From an uncultured Chloroflexia bacterium (GTDB taxonomy: Bacteria > Chloroflexota > Limnocylindria > Limnocylindrales > CSP1-4): DNA of 64,000 nucleotides. Position 1 is the first letter of the stretch; every line of letters starts with the position of its first letter. The DNA lies in contig CAVZXQ010000018.1 in the NCBI GenBank assembly GCA_963779315.1, positions 114,623 to 178,622 of the forward strand, given 5' to 3'. The translations under genes were made by a program, and so were the position numbers. The notes below the pieces were generated by a model. It was not told the DNA's origin, made no database searches, and saw nothing but the letters and a program-made list of their open reading frames with translations. Below, one piece after another: positions 12,286-24,228 of this stretch.

Positions 12286-13067
12286 TCAGTCCAGGAAACG
12301 CCGGATCGCCTCGGCGAACGCGTCCGGGTGCGTGTGGTGGGCGGCGTGGCGGGCTCCATCGATCTCGACCACGCGACCGTGCTCCAGGCGCCCGTCGAGC
12401 GCGTTCGTCGCCGCATGGAAGACCGGGAGGCTGTCGGAGCCCAGGATCTGGAGCACGGGCTGTCGGACGTTGCCGAGGACGTCGAGCGAGGCGGCCCGGA
12501 CTTCCTCTGCCTCGAGCTCGCGCAGGATCGTGCCGGCCGCGGCCGCCCGCACCGGCCAGATCGGGTTCGCCCGGTACGAGGCCAGGTCCGCGGCGGACAT
12601 CCCGACGATCTCGGTGAAGAACGTCGCGAGCGCGCCATCCGGATCGCCTGCCGCCAGCATCGCGCGCAGGCGGTCCTCGATGCCCGGCGGGTGGTAGCTG
12701 GCGCCCGGTGGGGATGGGGCGCCCTCGTAGCAGACGACCCGGGCGATCGAGTCGGTGAGCAGGGCGGCGCCGAGCGCCAGTCCGCCCACCGTACGAGTGG
12801 CCGACGAGGTCGATCGGGCGCGCCACGTGCGGCCGCCAGGGCGTCGGCGACGGCGGCCACGTCCTCGAACTCGCGCTCGATGGAGTAGGGGAGCGTGTCG
12901 CCGGACGCTCCGCGGCCGCGACGGTCGATGGCGTAGATGTCGTAGGCATCGGCGAGGCGCGGGCCGATCGCCCGGAAGGTCGAGTGATCGGCGGTCGTCC
13001 CGTGGACGAGGAGGAGCGGCGGCCCGTCCGCAGAGCCGCTCCGGAAGGTCGCGATCGCGGGTGCCAT
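12286..13067 (-). CDS. Alpha/beta hydrolase; frame break.
   Basis: N-terminal LLLVHGTTADHSTF and the nucleophile elbow GHSYGG are present. Confidence 0.6.
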
Positions 13068-13185
13068 CGGGGGACGTGACCTCGAGGCGCGGCTCGGTCA
13101 CCGCGGCAGGTGGACCGCGGCCGCCTCGTCGAGGATCCACGTGGCGTGGCCGCGACGGGCGAGCTGGGCGGGCCAGCGGCGCGGC

Positions 13186-13877
13186 TCATGCGTCGGGCCA
13201 AGGATGTCGGCGAGGACGTCGGCCTTCGCCTTCGCCTGTGACGACGACGAGGACAGCCCGGGCTGCGCCGATGATCTCCGGGTGCATCGTCACGCGCTCC
13301 ACGTGCGGCTCGATGTGGGTCGGCGCCGGGATCGCCATCGCCCACTCGTCGGCATCGAAGGCGGCCGAGCCCGGGAAGACGGACAACAGGTGGCCGTCGC
13401 CGCCGACGCCGAGGAAGACCAGGTCGAGGATCGGCCAGCCGCCGGGGCTCGACGGGCCGACGGACGCGAGCTCCTCGGCCAGGGCCGCGGCACACCAGGC
13501 GGCATCGTGGCCACCATCGATCGACTCCCCACAGCGGAACGGGTGGAGATGCTCGGCCGGATGGGCAGGCCGGTCCCGTCCGCGAGCAGGATGTCGTCCA
13601 CCGCCTTGACGTTGGACAGCGGGTCGTCGCGCGGAACGTAGCGGTCGTCGCCCCACCAGACGTGGACGGCGTCCCAATCGACGAGATCGCGACGATCGGG
13701 ACCGCGCAGCTCCCGGTAGACGGCAGCCGGGGTGGAGCCGCCGGTCGTCGCCCAGTGGGCGACCCCTCGTGCGTCGATCGCGGCCGCGAGGCTGCGCACG
13801 ATGTGGTCCGCGGCGAGTCCGGCGACGGACGCGGCGCCCGCCACGACGATCTCCGGCTCGCCCGTCGCCGGGGTCAT
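13186..13877 (-). CDS. pgl: 6-phosphogluconolactonase; frame break.
   Basis: Motifs HWATTGGSTP and LGVGGDGH are present. It is the terminal gene of the zwf-opcA-pgl operon. Confidence 0.7.
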
Positions 13878-15135
13878 CCGCGGCTGCCTCGCGGTCCGGC
13901 CAGGGCCGCGGCGGCCTGGAGTGCCCCGGCGGCGACGGGATCCCGCCGTCCTCCCTCGATCGCCTGGGCGAGCAGGTCCACCTCGGTCAGGCGCGGCGCC
14001 CGGAAGCTGCGCTCGAGTGCCTCGACGCCGTCCTGCCAGACACGCACATGGACCGATCCGGCCTCTGCGGTGACATCGGCACGCAGCTCCGAGCCGCGCC
14101 GGTCGGCGAGGAGTTCGACGCGCAAGGTCGTGCCGGCGGGCGTCGGCGAGAGGACAGGCCGTGACGAGGACCGACACCTCGGCACGACCGTCCGACAGGA
14201 TCGCCGCCTGGCCGCGCCCGGCTGTCTGGACGGCTCCGGTCGAGCGGACCGGGCCCGCCCGCGCGGGACTTCGCCGGGCCGGTGATCGACGCGAGTGGCT
14301 TGACGACGTGGAGGCCCAATCGCGAGGCGAGCCAGGCGACGTGGTAGACCGGCTTGACCAGGTTGGTGAACCCGGCCGCGCCCGTCTCGTCGTGCGTGCC
14401 GTAGGTGACCGCGATCCGCCGCAGGTAGCGGAGGTACGGCAGGAACTCCGGATCGTCGAAGATCGAGGCGATCGCCTCGCGCCAGCGCGACTGGCGGACG
14501 AGCGCGAAGTCGCTGACGGCCAGGCGTCCGGTCGCCGCCAGGCCCGCGAGTTCGCGGATGCGATCGAGCCCGTCGCCGTTCCACGTGGAGCCGTCCACCA
14601 CGAGCCGGTCGGCCGCGGCGAGCATGTCGTTCGTCGCGGCCAGACCGAGCGGTGGCTCGTCCGGCCACCAGATGGTGACCGGGAGGTCGTGGATCAGCAG
14701 CGGCGTCGACGATCGCCGCCACGTGACGGCCGGCCTCGCCGCCGGCGGTGATGTGGATCATCTCCGCGCAGGTCTCGGGCGACCCTTCGCGCGGCAGCAC
14801 GCAGTGGGCCTCCACCCGGGCGTCCAGCCACGACGGGCCGTCCGGGTCCGCGGAGCCGACGATCATCGTCCGTGACGGATGCCGCCCGGTCAGGGCCTGG
14901 ATCGTGGCGGCGCAATGCTCGGCGAGCTCGGGCCGCCGGGCGATGACCACCAGGTTCATCACGCTGGAGCGTGCGGAAACGTGCCGGCCGGGCTCGCCGT
15001 CCACCTCGGCGGTCAGGTCCTGGCCGGACCAGATCCTGGCCAGCTCGTGCTCGATCTCCGCGATGCTGTGGGCGCGGGCCGACCAGCGCAGGACCGGCTC
15101 GCCGATCTCGAGTGGCGACGCCGTGGCCATCGGGA
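13874..15135 (-). CDS. opcA: Glucose-6-phosphate dehydrogenase assembly protein OpcA; frame break.
   Basis: Lies immediately downstream of zwf. The sequence has OpcA-like features (...RIWSGQD..., SVMNLVV...). Confidence 0.7.
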
Positions 15136-15140
15136 CGCGT

Positions 15141-16724
15141 CTAGAACCGGCGCCAGCGCCGGCCGTCGCGGGCGAGCAGCTCATCCGAGGCGGCCGGGCC
15201 CCACGTCCCGGCGTCGTAGTCGGGGAAGACCGGTGGCGGGGCAGCTGCCCACGACTCCACGATCGGATCGACGATGCCCCAGGCTTCCTCGACCTCGTCC
15301 GCCCGCGTGAACAGCGACGCATCGCCCTGGAGCGCGTCCAGGATCAATGTCTCGTAGGCATCGGGCGAATCCACGTTGAAGGCGGAGCCATAGGTGAAGT
15401 CCATCGTCACCGACCGGACATCCAGTCCGAGCCCTGGGACCTTGGCCCCGAAGCGCAGCATGATCCCCTCGTCCGGCTGGATCCGGATCGCCAGCAGGTT
15501 GGCATCGGGCTCGACGCCCTCGTCCTTGAACAGGCGGTGCGGGACCTCGCGGTACTGGATCGCGATCTCGGTGGCGCGCTTGGGCAGCCGCTTGCCGGTG
15601 CGGACGTAGAACGGCACCCCGGACCAGCGCCAATCGTCGATGGTCAGCTTGGCCGCGACGAAGGTCTCGGTCTCCGACTCGGGGTCCACCTCCGCTTCCT
15701 GTCGGTAGCCCGGGACCTGGGTGGCGGCCACCCAGCCCGGCCCGTACTGCCCGCGGACGACGTCGCCGGCCTTGCCGTCTACCGGCAGCGCTCGAGATCG
15801 CGCGCAGGACCTTGACCTTCTCGTCGCGCAACGCATTCGCCTCGAAGGTGGCCGGCGGCTCCATCGCGATCAGGCTGACGAGCTGGAGCAGGTGGTTCTG
15901 CAGGACGTCGCGGGACGCGCCGGTCTGCTCGTAGAACGAGCCGCGACTCTCGATGCCGATCGACTCCGCCACGGTGATCTGGACATGGTCCACGTAGCGT
16001 CAATTCCAGAGCGGCTCGAAGATCCCGTTCCCGAACCGGAAGACCAGCAGGTTCCGGACGGTCTCCTTGCCCAGGTAATGGTCGATGCGATAGACCTGCG
16101 ACTCGCGGAAGACCTTGCCGACCTCGCGATTGAGACGCTTGGCCGACTCGAGGTCATGGCCGAACGGTTTCTCGATGACGATCCGGCGCCAACCGCTGTC
16201 GCTTCGCTCGTGGTCGAGTCCCACCCGCCCGAGCCCGGCGATGATCCCGGCGAACTGCGACGGCTGGATGGCGAGGTAGAACAGGTGGTTGCCGCGCGTC
16301 CGGTGCTCGGGATCGACGGCTGCCAGGCGGGCGGCGAGCCCTTCGAAGCCGCCCGGGTCGTGGAAGTCCAGGTGGTGATACAGGACCCGCTCGGCGAACG
16401 TGGCCCAGGCTGCCTCGTCGAGCGGCAGGGCCCGACTGTTCGTCTCGACGGCGGTGCGCATCTCCGCCCGGAACGAGTCGTCATCGAATGGACGCCGGCC
16501 CACTGCCAGGAGCGACGAACTCGTGCGGCAGTAGGTTCGTCCGCCAGAGCTGGTAGATCGCCGGGATCACCTTTCGATGAGCGAGATCGCCGGTCGCTCC
16601 GAACAGCACGACCACCGCTGGGTCCGGCACCCGTTCCAGCCGCAGGCCCTGGCGCAGGACGTTCTCGGCAGGCTTCGACGCGCGAGGGACGACGGGTCTG
16701 CCGGGCCAGCCGCTGGTCCTTCAT
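15141..16724 (-). CDS. zwf: Glucose-6-phosphate 1-dehydrogenase; several frame breaks.
   Basis: Motifs [30 protein letters not shown] and EKPFG are present, and the C-terminal domain is in ORF 15141..15836. Confidence 0.8.
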
Positions 16725-16848
16725 CGTCAGCGGGACATCGCGCGGCCTGGGTGCCGCCGGTGCTGCGGGGGCTGGCGCCGCCGGCGGGTTCGTCGCCGGC
16801 CGCGGGCTTCGTCCGCCGGGGGCTTCGGCGCCCGCGTTCCTGCCATGC

Positions 16849-17750
16849 CTACTCCGTCTTGACCGCGTGGCCGCCGAACTCGTTGCGCAGCGCGGCGAGC
16901 ACCTTGGCGCCGTACGAGTCGTCCTGGCGAGACCGGAAGCGGGTCAGCAGCGAGAGCGTGATGACCGGAGCCGGAACGTCGTGGTCGATCGCCTCCTGGA
17001 CGGTCCAGCGACCTTCCCCGGAGTCCGCCACGAAGCCCTTGAGGTGCTCCAGGTCCGGGCCGTTCGCCCGGAACGCCCGCCCGGCCAGCTCCAGCAGCCA
17101 GGAACGGACCACGGAACCCTGCATCCACAGCTCGGAGATCGCCGCCGAGGTCCAGGTCGTAGTCGCTGGCGTGCATGATCTCGAAGCCTTCGGCATACGC
17201 CTGCATCAGGCCATATTCGATGCCGTTGTGGACCATCTTCACGTAGTGCCCGGAACCCGGCCCGCCGATGTGGAGGTAGCCGTCCACCGGGGCGAGGGAG
17301 GTGAAGATGGGCTCGAGCGGCGTGACCGCCTCGGCATCGCCGCCGACCATCATGCAGTAGCCGACCTGGAGGCCCCAGATCCCGCCGGATGTCCCGGCGT
17401 CCACGTAGTCGGATGCCCTTCGCCGCAAGATCCCCGTGGCGGCGGACGTCGTCGTGGAAGTTGGTGTTGCCGCCGTCGATGATCGTGTCGCCGGGCTCCA
17501 GGTGCTCCAGCAGGTCCGCGATCTGCGCCTCGGTGGCGTCGCCGGCCGGGACCATCACCCAGACCGCGCGGGGCTTCTCGAGCGCCGCGACCAGCTCCGC
17601 GATCGAGTAGGTCGGCGTGGCTCCCTCGCCCGCGATCTCGGTGGTCTTCTCCGGCGTTCGGTTGTAGACGACCACCTCGTGGCCGTCCTGGAGCAGGCGG
17701 CGGACCATGTTGGCCCCCATCCGGCCGAGCCCGATGAACCCGATGCGCAT
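16849..17750 (-). CDS. gnd: 6-phosphogluconate dehydrogenase, short decarboxylating form; frame breaks.
   Basis: The N-terminus [15 protein letters not shown] is a Rossmann fold, and the C-terminal domain matches [10 protein letters not shown]...HNGIEYG. Confidence 0.75.
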
Positions 17751-17754
17751 CTTG

Positions 17755-19545
17755 TCAGGCCTCCGTGATCGTTTCGGTGTCGAGGGCGGCGGCAAGAGCC
17801 CGCTCGAGGTGCGCCAGGCCGGTCGCGAGGTCATGGCCAAGGTGGACCCGAAGGATCGGCAGGTCGTGCGACTCGATGGCCGCGAAGTCGCCCGCCGCCT
17901 GGGCGTCGATGAGTTGCCCGAAGGTGTACGGCCAGCCCGGGATCTCACGGTCCACCGGGTGATGCGCAGTCAGCTGGAGGAACCAGCCGATCGGTGCGCC
18001 GCCCTTGTGCAGCTGGCCCGTGGAATGCAGGAAGCGCGGCCCGTAGCCGGCCGTCGTGGCCAGGCCGGTCCGGTCGCGCAACAGGGCCCGGATCCGGGCC
18101 ATGGCCGCATCCGCCTCGGCCGACGGGGCGATGAACGCCTGGAGGCAGAGGTAGCCGTCCGTTCCGTCGGCGAGCCAGGTGACGCGCCAGTTCGCCGACC
18201 ACGTCGCCGGGGCCGGCCGTCAGGCGCAGGGCCGCGTCACCGTACAGGGCGAGTCCGTCGGCGTCCGCGATCGGGTCGGGGGCGGCGCTGTCCTCGGCCC
18301 CACCCTCCTCATGGCGAGCGAGGACCGATCGCGTGAGCTGCTTGGCCTCTTCCACGTTGGGCTGGTCGAATGGGTCGATGCCCAGGACGGCCCCGGCGAT
18401 GGCCGTGGCGACCTCCCAGCGGACGAACTCGGCGCCGAGGTCGATGGGGTCGTTGACGGTGATCCGGATGACCGGATGACCGGCCGTCGGCGAGCGCCGT
18501 CGCGAGGGCGCCACGCCCAGCCGACGCGCCATCCACCAGCGCGATCCGGACGAAGGCCCGATCGGACCCGTAGGACGTCACCTCACCGAGCGGTTCGCAG
18601 GTCCACCGGGACGATCCCGATCCCGCGCTTGCCGGTGCTCTCCGCGATGAGCTGCTCCAGCCAGCCGCCGAAGGTGGCGAGCTCGTCATCGATCAGGAAC
18701 GTCAGCTTGTCGCGTCCGGCCTGCGCGAGCGTGCCGATGGCGAGTCCGAGCGAGACACCGGGGTTCGCCGACGGGTCCGGCTGCCGGCAGGCACCGAGCA
18801 TCGTGGTCGCGGACGCCAGCAGCGCGTCCAGGTCCAGGCCGATCAGCGAGGCCGGGATCAGGCCCACGTAGGTCAGCGCGGAGTACCGGCCGCCGACATC
18901 GGGCGGATTCAGGAAGACCTCGCGGAAGTCATCGGAGTGGGCGAGCGCCTCGACGCTCCTGCCCGGATCCGTGACGGCGACGATCAGTGCGCCGCCGTTG
19001 TCGTAGGAGTGGTGGTGCTTCCGGGCGTCCATGGCGGCTTCGGCCCGCGTCCAGGTATCGGCGAGGAAGGCATTCGGCTCGGTCGTGGTGCCGGACTTGG
19101 ACGACACGATCGTGAGGGTCGTGAGCGGGTCGAGGTCGTCCATCGTCGCCGACACGTAGGCGGGGTCCGTCGAGTCCAGGATCCGCATCGCGGGGTACCC
19201 GTCCTGCGACCCGAACGTCCGATGCAGGACATCCGGCGCGAGGCTGCTGCCGCCCATCCCGGCCACGATGACGTTGTCGAACCCGGCGGCCACGATCCCG
19301 TCGCCGAATCCCTCAAGGGCCGCGATCCTGTCCGTGAAGTGCTCCGGGGCGTCAAGCCAGCCGAGACGGTCCACGATGGCGGCCTGGACCACTGGATCGG
19401 TCGACCACAGGCTGGCGTCCCGGTCGAAGAGACGGTTCGCCCAGGACTCGTCGCGCGCTCGATCGCACGCCGCATCGAAGGCCGCCTGGCCATCGCCCAG
19501 CGCGAATCGAGGCGGTGAGACGGCAGTCGTGGACGGGTCGGTCAT
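17755..19545 (-). CDS. pgi: Glucose-6-phosphate isomerase; frame breaks.
   Basis: SIS-domain motifs GMGGSSLAPDV and GGRYSALTYVGLIP are present. The C-terminus is in ORF 17755..18102. Confidence 0.75.
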
Positions 19546-19642
19546 CGTGGCCTCCGAAGGTTGGGCGGACAGCCGTCATGGTACGCCGGGTCACCTTCCC
19601 GGTGAGACTCGCTGCTCGTTGGCTACGCCGGCTCGACCCCGC

Positions 19643-20092
19643 TCAGCCTCGAGGCGGAGGACTTTCCCGAGGCGTCGACGGTGGCGCGGCTCGTCGCTGA
19701 AGGTCGCGCTGAAGGAAGGCGATCGCACATTCGTAGGCGGGTTCGGGGCCGATGACCCGGGAGCCCAGGGTCAGGACGTTCATGTCGTCGTGCTCGACCC
19801 CCTGGTGGGCGGAGTAGGTGTCGTGGCAGACCGCGGAGCGGATCCCGGCCATCTTGTTGGCCGCCACGGACGCGCCGACCCCGGAGCCGCAGACGAGGAT
19901 GCCCCGGTCCGCCTCGCCGGCCTGGATCGCTCGTCCGAGCCGCTCGGCGAAGTCCGGGTAGTCGTCCGTCGGGTCCGATCCGTCACCGCCCAGGTCGATC
20001 AGGGCGTGGCCAAGGTCGGCGGCGGCAAGGCGCGCCAGCAGGTCAGCCTTCAGGGCGGCCCCGGCATGATCGGCGGCGAAGGCGATGCGCAT
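19643..20092 (-). CDS. rpiB: Ribose-5-phosphate isomerase B.
   Basis: The motifs [25 protein letters not shown] and VLTLGSRV are typical of RpiB/LacAB. Confidence 0.85.
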   Translation of the reverse strand: MRIAFAADHAGAALKADLLARLAAADLGHALIDLGGDGSDPTDDYPDFAERLGRAIQAGEADRGILVCGSGVGASVAANKMAGIRSAVCHDTYSAHQGVEHDDMNVLTLGSRVIGPEPAYECAIAFLQRDLQRRAAPPSTPRESPPPRG

Positions 20093-20215
20093 CCGGTCAA
20101 TCCTATCGGGTCAGCGGGGCGGCGGGTCAGCTGGGCGGGCCCTGCCGGGCGGCGGGCACGCTGGAGATCCGTGCGCCCGGAGGACCGGGGTCCTGCAACA
20201 CCCGATCGCGCGATG

Positions 20216-20233
20216 GTTCCGGGTAAGCGGAAC
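20216..20233. promoter_or_regulatory. Operator-like palindrome GTTCCG-N6-CGGAAC, site 1.
   Basis: gttccgggtaagcggaac lies in the divergent rpiB/HTH-regulator intergenic region. Confidence 0.4.
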
Positions 20234-20318
20234 GATCCCAGCGACGTGGCCGCATCGCATCGGACCCAGGGCGATCGCCATCGCCGCGGTCCACGCTGCC
20301 CGAACGCATCGCGAGATA

Positions 20319-20336
20319 GTTCCGCCCAAGCGGAAC
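20319..20336. promoter_or_regulatory. Operator-like palindrome GTTCCG-N6-CGGAAC, site 2.
   Basis: gttccgcccaagcggaac. Related copies occur at 20482-20503 and 20955-20973. Confidence 0.4.
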
Positions 20337-20478
20337 CAACCGCCCGACCATACGGGGCGTGCCGTAGTGTGGACGTCCCTCCAGCTTGCGGCACATGAGT
20401 CGCGTCCTGGGGTCGATGTCCGTTCGCAACCGTGTTGATCGCCAGGTAAGCGCGCGGCGCCATCCTCTGCAGATCGAC

Positions 20479-20806
20479 ATGCCCAAGCGAAACGGTTCCG
20501 GGATCGAGCTGCTGGCGGATCCGACGAGGCGTCGGATCATCGCCGAGCTGGCGTTGTGCCCACGTCGACCCTCGTCGCTGTCTGCGATCCTGGGCCTCAG
20601 CCGGCCGGCGACGACACGCCAGCTCCATCTCCTGCGCGATGCGGCATCTCATCCAGGCTCGCCGGTCGACGCTCGACGGGCGCGTCGTCATCTACGGCAT
20701 CGAGCCGCGTGCCCACGGACCGATCACGGCCTGGCTTGCAGGAACGCAGGTCGGTCGGCCCATCGCGCTCAGGCTCGAGGAGGATGGCGCGCTCAGTCGT
20801 CTCTGA
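20479..20806 (+). CDS. Winged-helix HTH regulator, ArsR-like; frame break near 20640.
   Basis: Contains IELLADPTRRRIIAELA...LSAILGLSRPATTRQLHLLRDAG. The C-terminus ...RVVIYGIEP... is in a shifted frame. Confidence 0.5.
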
Positions 20807-20825
20807 ACGGCGGGTGCCGTCGGCG

Positions 20826-20920
20826 ACCGTCGCCCCGTTGAACCGCGTCCCCCGTTGAACCGCGTATCCCCGGTGACCACGCGTGCCCCGGTGAACCACG
20901 CGTGCCCCGGTGACCCCCGC
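20826..20920. repeat. Five imperfect tandem repeats of about 18 bp, cccc(g)gtgaaccacgcgtg.
   Basis: Read directly in the convergent intergenic region between the regulator and tkt. Confidence 0.5.
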
Positions 20921-21049
20921 GCGCGACCCAACCCGGAAGGGCCATCCGATCGATCGTTTCGCTTGATCGGAACGACCTGGGAATCGCCGCGCAGCGAGGG
21001 CAGTCCTCCCGAGCGGAGGGATGGTCGCGCCGCTACGCTGCCGCTCAAT

Positions 21050-23102
21050 CCGCCGTGGACCCCGCCCAGCGTCGGGATCCGGCCGCGAAGCCCGTCGCGC
21101 ACGACCCGTCGAGCGACCTCGGTCACCCGTTCCGACGTGAAGCCGAACCGCTCGAGGATCGTCCCCGCCGGGGCCGACGCGCCGAACTGATCGAGCCCGA
21201 TGATCGCCCCCTCGTCGCCGACCCAGCGCTCCCAGCCCATCGAGACGCCCATCTCGATGCTCACGCGGCGGCGAACCGACGGCGGCAGGACCGTATCCCG
21301 GTACGCCTGGTCCTGGGCCTCGAACGCCTCCCAGCACGGGAGCGACACGACCCGCGTCGGGATGCCCTCGGCCTCCAGCGTCTCGGCGGCGGCGAACGCC
21401 AGCTGGAGCTCGGAGCCGGTCGCCAGCATGATCAGCTGGGGCGTCCCACCGTCCGCTTCGCGGAGGACGTAGCCGCCCCGCGCGACGCCGTCGCGCGCTC
21501 CCGTGTCCGTGCCCGGCAAGGTCGGCAGCTTCTGGCGGGTCAGGGCCAGCGCCACCGGTCCACCCGATCGCTCCACGGCCAGCGCCCAGGCCGCGGCGGT
21601 CTCGTTGGCATCGCCCGGCCGGACGAACCAGAGGTTCGGGATCGCCCGCAGCGCCGCGTAGTGCTCGACTGGCTGGTGCGTCGGGCCGTCCTCGCCAAGC
21701 CCGACCGAGTCGTGCGTCCAGACATAGACCGCGTGCAGCCCGGACAGCGCGGCGAGTCCGCACGGACCCGCGCATGTAGTCGCTGAAGGTCAGGAACGTC
21801 GCGACGTACGGGATGAATCCGCCGTGATAGGCAAGACCGTTGGCGATCCCGCCCATCGCATGCTCGCGAACCCCGAAGCGCAGGTTCCGCCCGGACGCCT
21901 CGGCGCTGAAGTCATCGGCTCCCTTGACGTCGGTCAGGTTGGACTCGGACAGGTCCGCGGCCCCACCGAACAGTTCGGGCACCCGGGTGGCGAGGGACTG
22001 GATGGCGTCCTGGCTCGCGTTCCGCGTCGCGACTTCCGACCCGGTCTCGTACTCCGTGAGGTCCGCGTCCCAGCCCGCCGCCAGCTCCCCGGCCATGCGC
22101 CGGCGGAATTCGGCAGCCAGGGCCGGGCTCGACGCCGCATAGGCCGTGAACCGGGTCTCCCACTCGGCGACCAGCGCGTCACCGGCCGGGATCGCGGCAC
22201 GGAACAGCGCTCCGGCCTCGTCCGGCACGTAGAACGACCGATCCGGATCCCAGCCGTAGGCCTCCTTGGTCGAGGCGGACCTCGTCCGCACCGAGCGGCG
22301 CCCCGTGCGCCTTCTGGGAATCCTGCTTGTTCGGGCTGCCGAAGCCGATGTGCGTCCGGACGGCGATGAGGCTCGGTCGCTCGTCGGCTCGCGCCGCCTC
22401 GATGGCCGCCGTGATGGCCTCGACGTCATTGCCGTCTGCGACGCGCTGGGTGTGCCAGCCGTAGGCATCGAAACGGGCCGGCACGTCCTCCGACCAGGCC
22501 ATCTTCGTCGGCCCGTCCAGCTGGATCAGGTTGTCGTCGTACAGGACCACGAGCTTCCCGAGCCGCAGATGGCCGGCCAGGCTGGCCGCCTCTGACGCGA
22601 TCCCTTCCTGGAGGTCGCCGTCCGAGGCGATGACGTAGGTCCGGTGATCCACGATCGTGCCGTCCGGTCCGTCCTGGTTGAACTCGGCCGCGAGGCGCCG
22701 CTCCGCGATGGCCATCCCGACGGCATTCGTGAAGCCCTGGCCGAGTGGTCCCGTCGTCGCCTCCACGCCGGGCGTGACGCGGTATTCGGGATGCCCGGGC
22801 GTGATGCTGCCCCATTGGCGGAACGACTGGAGGTCCTCCATCGAGACGTCGTAGCCCGTGAGGTGGAGCAGCGAGTACAGCAGCATGCTGGCGTGGCCGG
22901 CGCTGAGCACGAACCGGTCGCGATCCGGCCAGTCCGGGTGCGTCGGCGCGTGTCGCAGGAACCGTGTCCAGACCGCGTAGGCCATCGGGGCGGCGCCCAT
23001 GGGGGCTCCCGGATGCCCGGAGTTCGCCTTCTGGACACCGTCGATCGAAAGCGTGCGGATGGTGTCGATGGCGAGTCGGTCGAGATCGGGCGGGGCAGTC
23101 AT
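21050..23102 (-). CDS. tkt: Transketolase; frame breaks.
   Basis: The N-terminal TPP-binding motifs (GHPG..., GPLGQG, DGDLQEG) are present, together with middle and C-terminal domains in ORFs 20597..22468 and 20692..21576. Confidence 0.8.
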
Positions 23103-23185
23103 CGGTGGGCGCTCCGGAGGGCAGGGGAGGATGCCCGCCATTGTAGGTCGCAGACGTGACCGTCCGGACCGGTATGCTCGCCACA

Positions 23186-24183
23186 TGCCGGCGATCAGAC
23201 CGCCCCGCCCTCACCGACCACGCCGTCCCGGTCGCCCCGGACGTGGCCGTTCCTCGGCCGCCGGAGCCCCGCGGATCGTGGTCCTTGGCGACCTCGTCCA
23301 GGATGTCGTCCTTGCTCCGGCCGAACCGATCGCCATCGGCACGGACGTGCCGGGCCGTGTCTCGATCGTCCAGGGTGGCTCGGCGGCGACGACGGCGCGC
23401 TGGCTGGCTCGCCTGGGTGCCCGCAGCAGCATGATCGCCGCGGTCGGCCGGGATGGCGCCGGCCGGGCCCTGGTCGCGACCATGGAGGCGGACCGGGTCA
23501 CGATGCGGGTCGTCCGTGTCGTCGGCGCCCGGACGGGTCGCATCGGCGTCCTCGTCGCGCCCGGCGGAGAACGCAGCTTCGTCACCGACCGTGGCGCGGC
23601 GCTGCTGTTGGCCCCCGGCGACCTCAAGGCGGCCTGGTTCACCGAGGCGGACCTGCTCCACCTGACCGTCTACTCGCTGCTGGGTGAACCGCTCCACGAA
23701 TCGGGCCTTCGAGCGATCGAACTCGCGCGAGCCGCCGGGGCGCTCGTCAGCCTGGACCTCGCGTCGATCGGCCCGCTGCTCGCCGGTGGACGACGGGCCG
23801 CCCGCGACCTGATCGCCGGGATCGCACCGGACGTCCTGTTCACGACCGCCGTCGAGGCCGACGCGCTGCTGGCCGGCCAGGCCGTCACCGGCCTGCTCGA
23901 GTACGCGGCAGTCGCCGTGGTCAAGCGCGGATCGAAGGGCGCCACGGTCCTGGCCCGCACCGATGCCGAGCCCGTCCGATTCGAGGTCGCCACGGCCCGC
24001 CTGGCCGCGACCGACACGACCGGCGCCGGCGATGCCTTCGATGCCGGGTTCCTGGCGGCGTGGCTCGGCTCTCGCGCGAGTGGCCGCTCGTTGCCGGCCT
24101 CGCTCCAGCGGGCCGCCCTGGCCGGCCATCGCGCCGCCGGTCGTCAACTGTCGACGCCGCGCGCCGAGCTGGTGCTGGGCTGA
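23186..24183 (+). CDS. PfkB-family carbohydrate kinase.
   Basis: C-terminal [14 protein letters not shown] is the PfkB anion-hole motif. The gene is divergent from tkt. Confidence 0.7.
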
Positions 24184-24228
24184 GCGCCTTTCAGGATCCC
24201 TTCAGGAAGATCGGCTAGAACCGGTACC

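Noticed and set aside
13186-23102. Treating the frame-broken PPP genes (zwf, gnd, pgi, pgl, opcA, tkt) as true pseudogenes.
   Set aside because: Simultaneous inactivation of a whole core pathway is implausible. The breaks sit at G/C homopolymers and both halves remain conserved, so they are called as CDS with probable sequencing errors.
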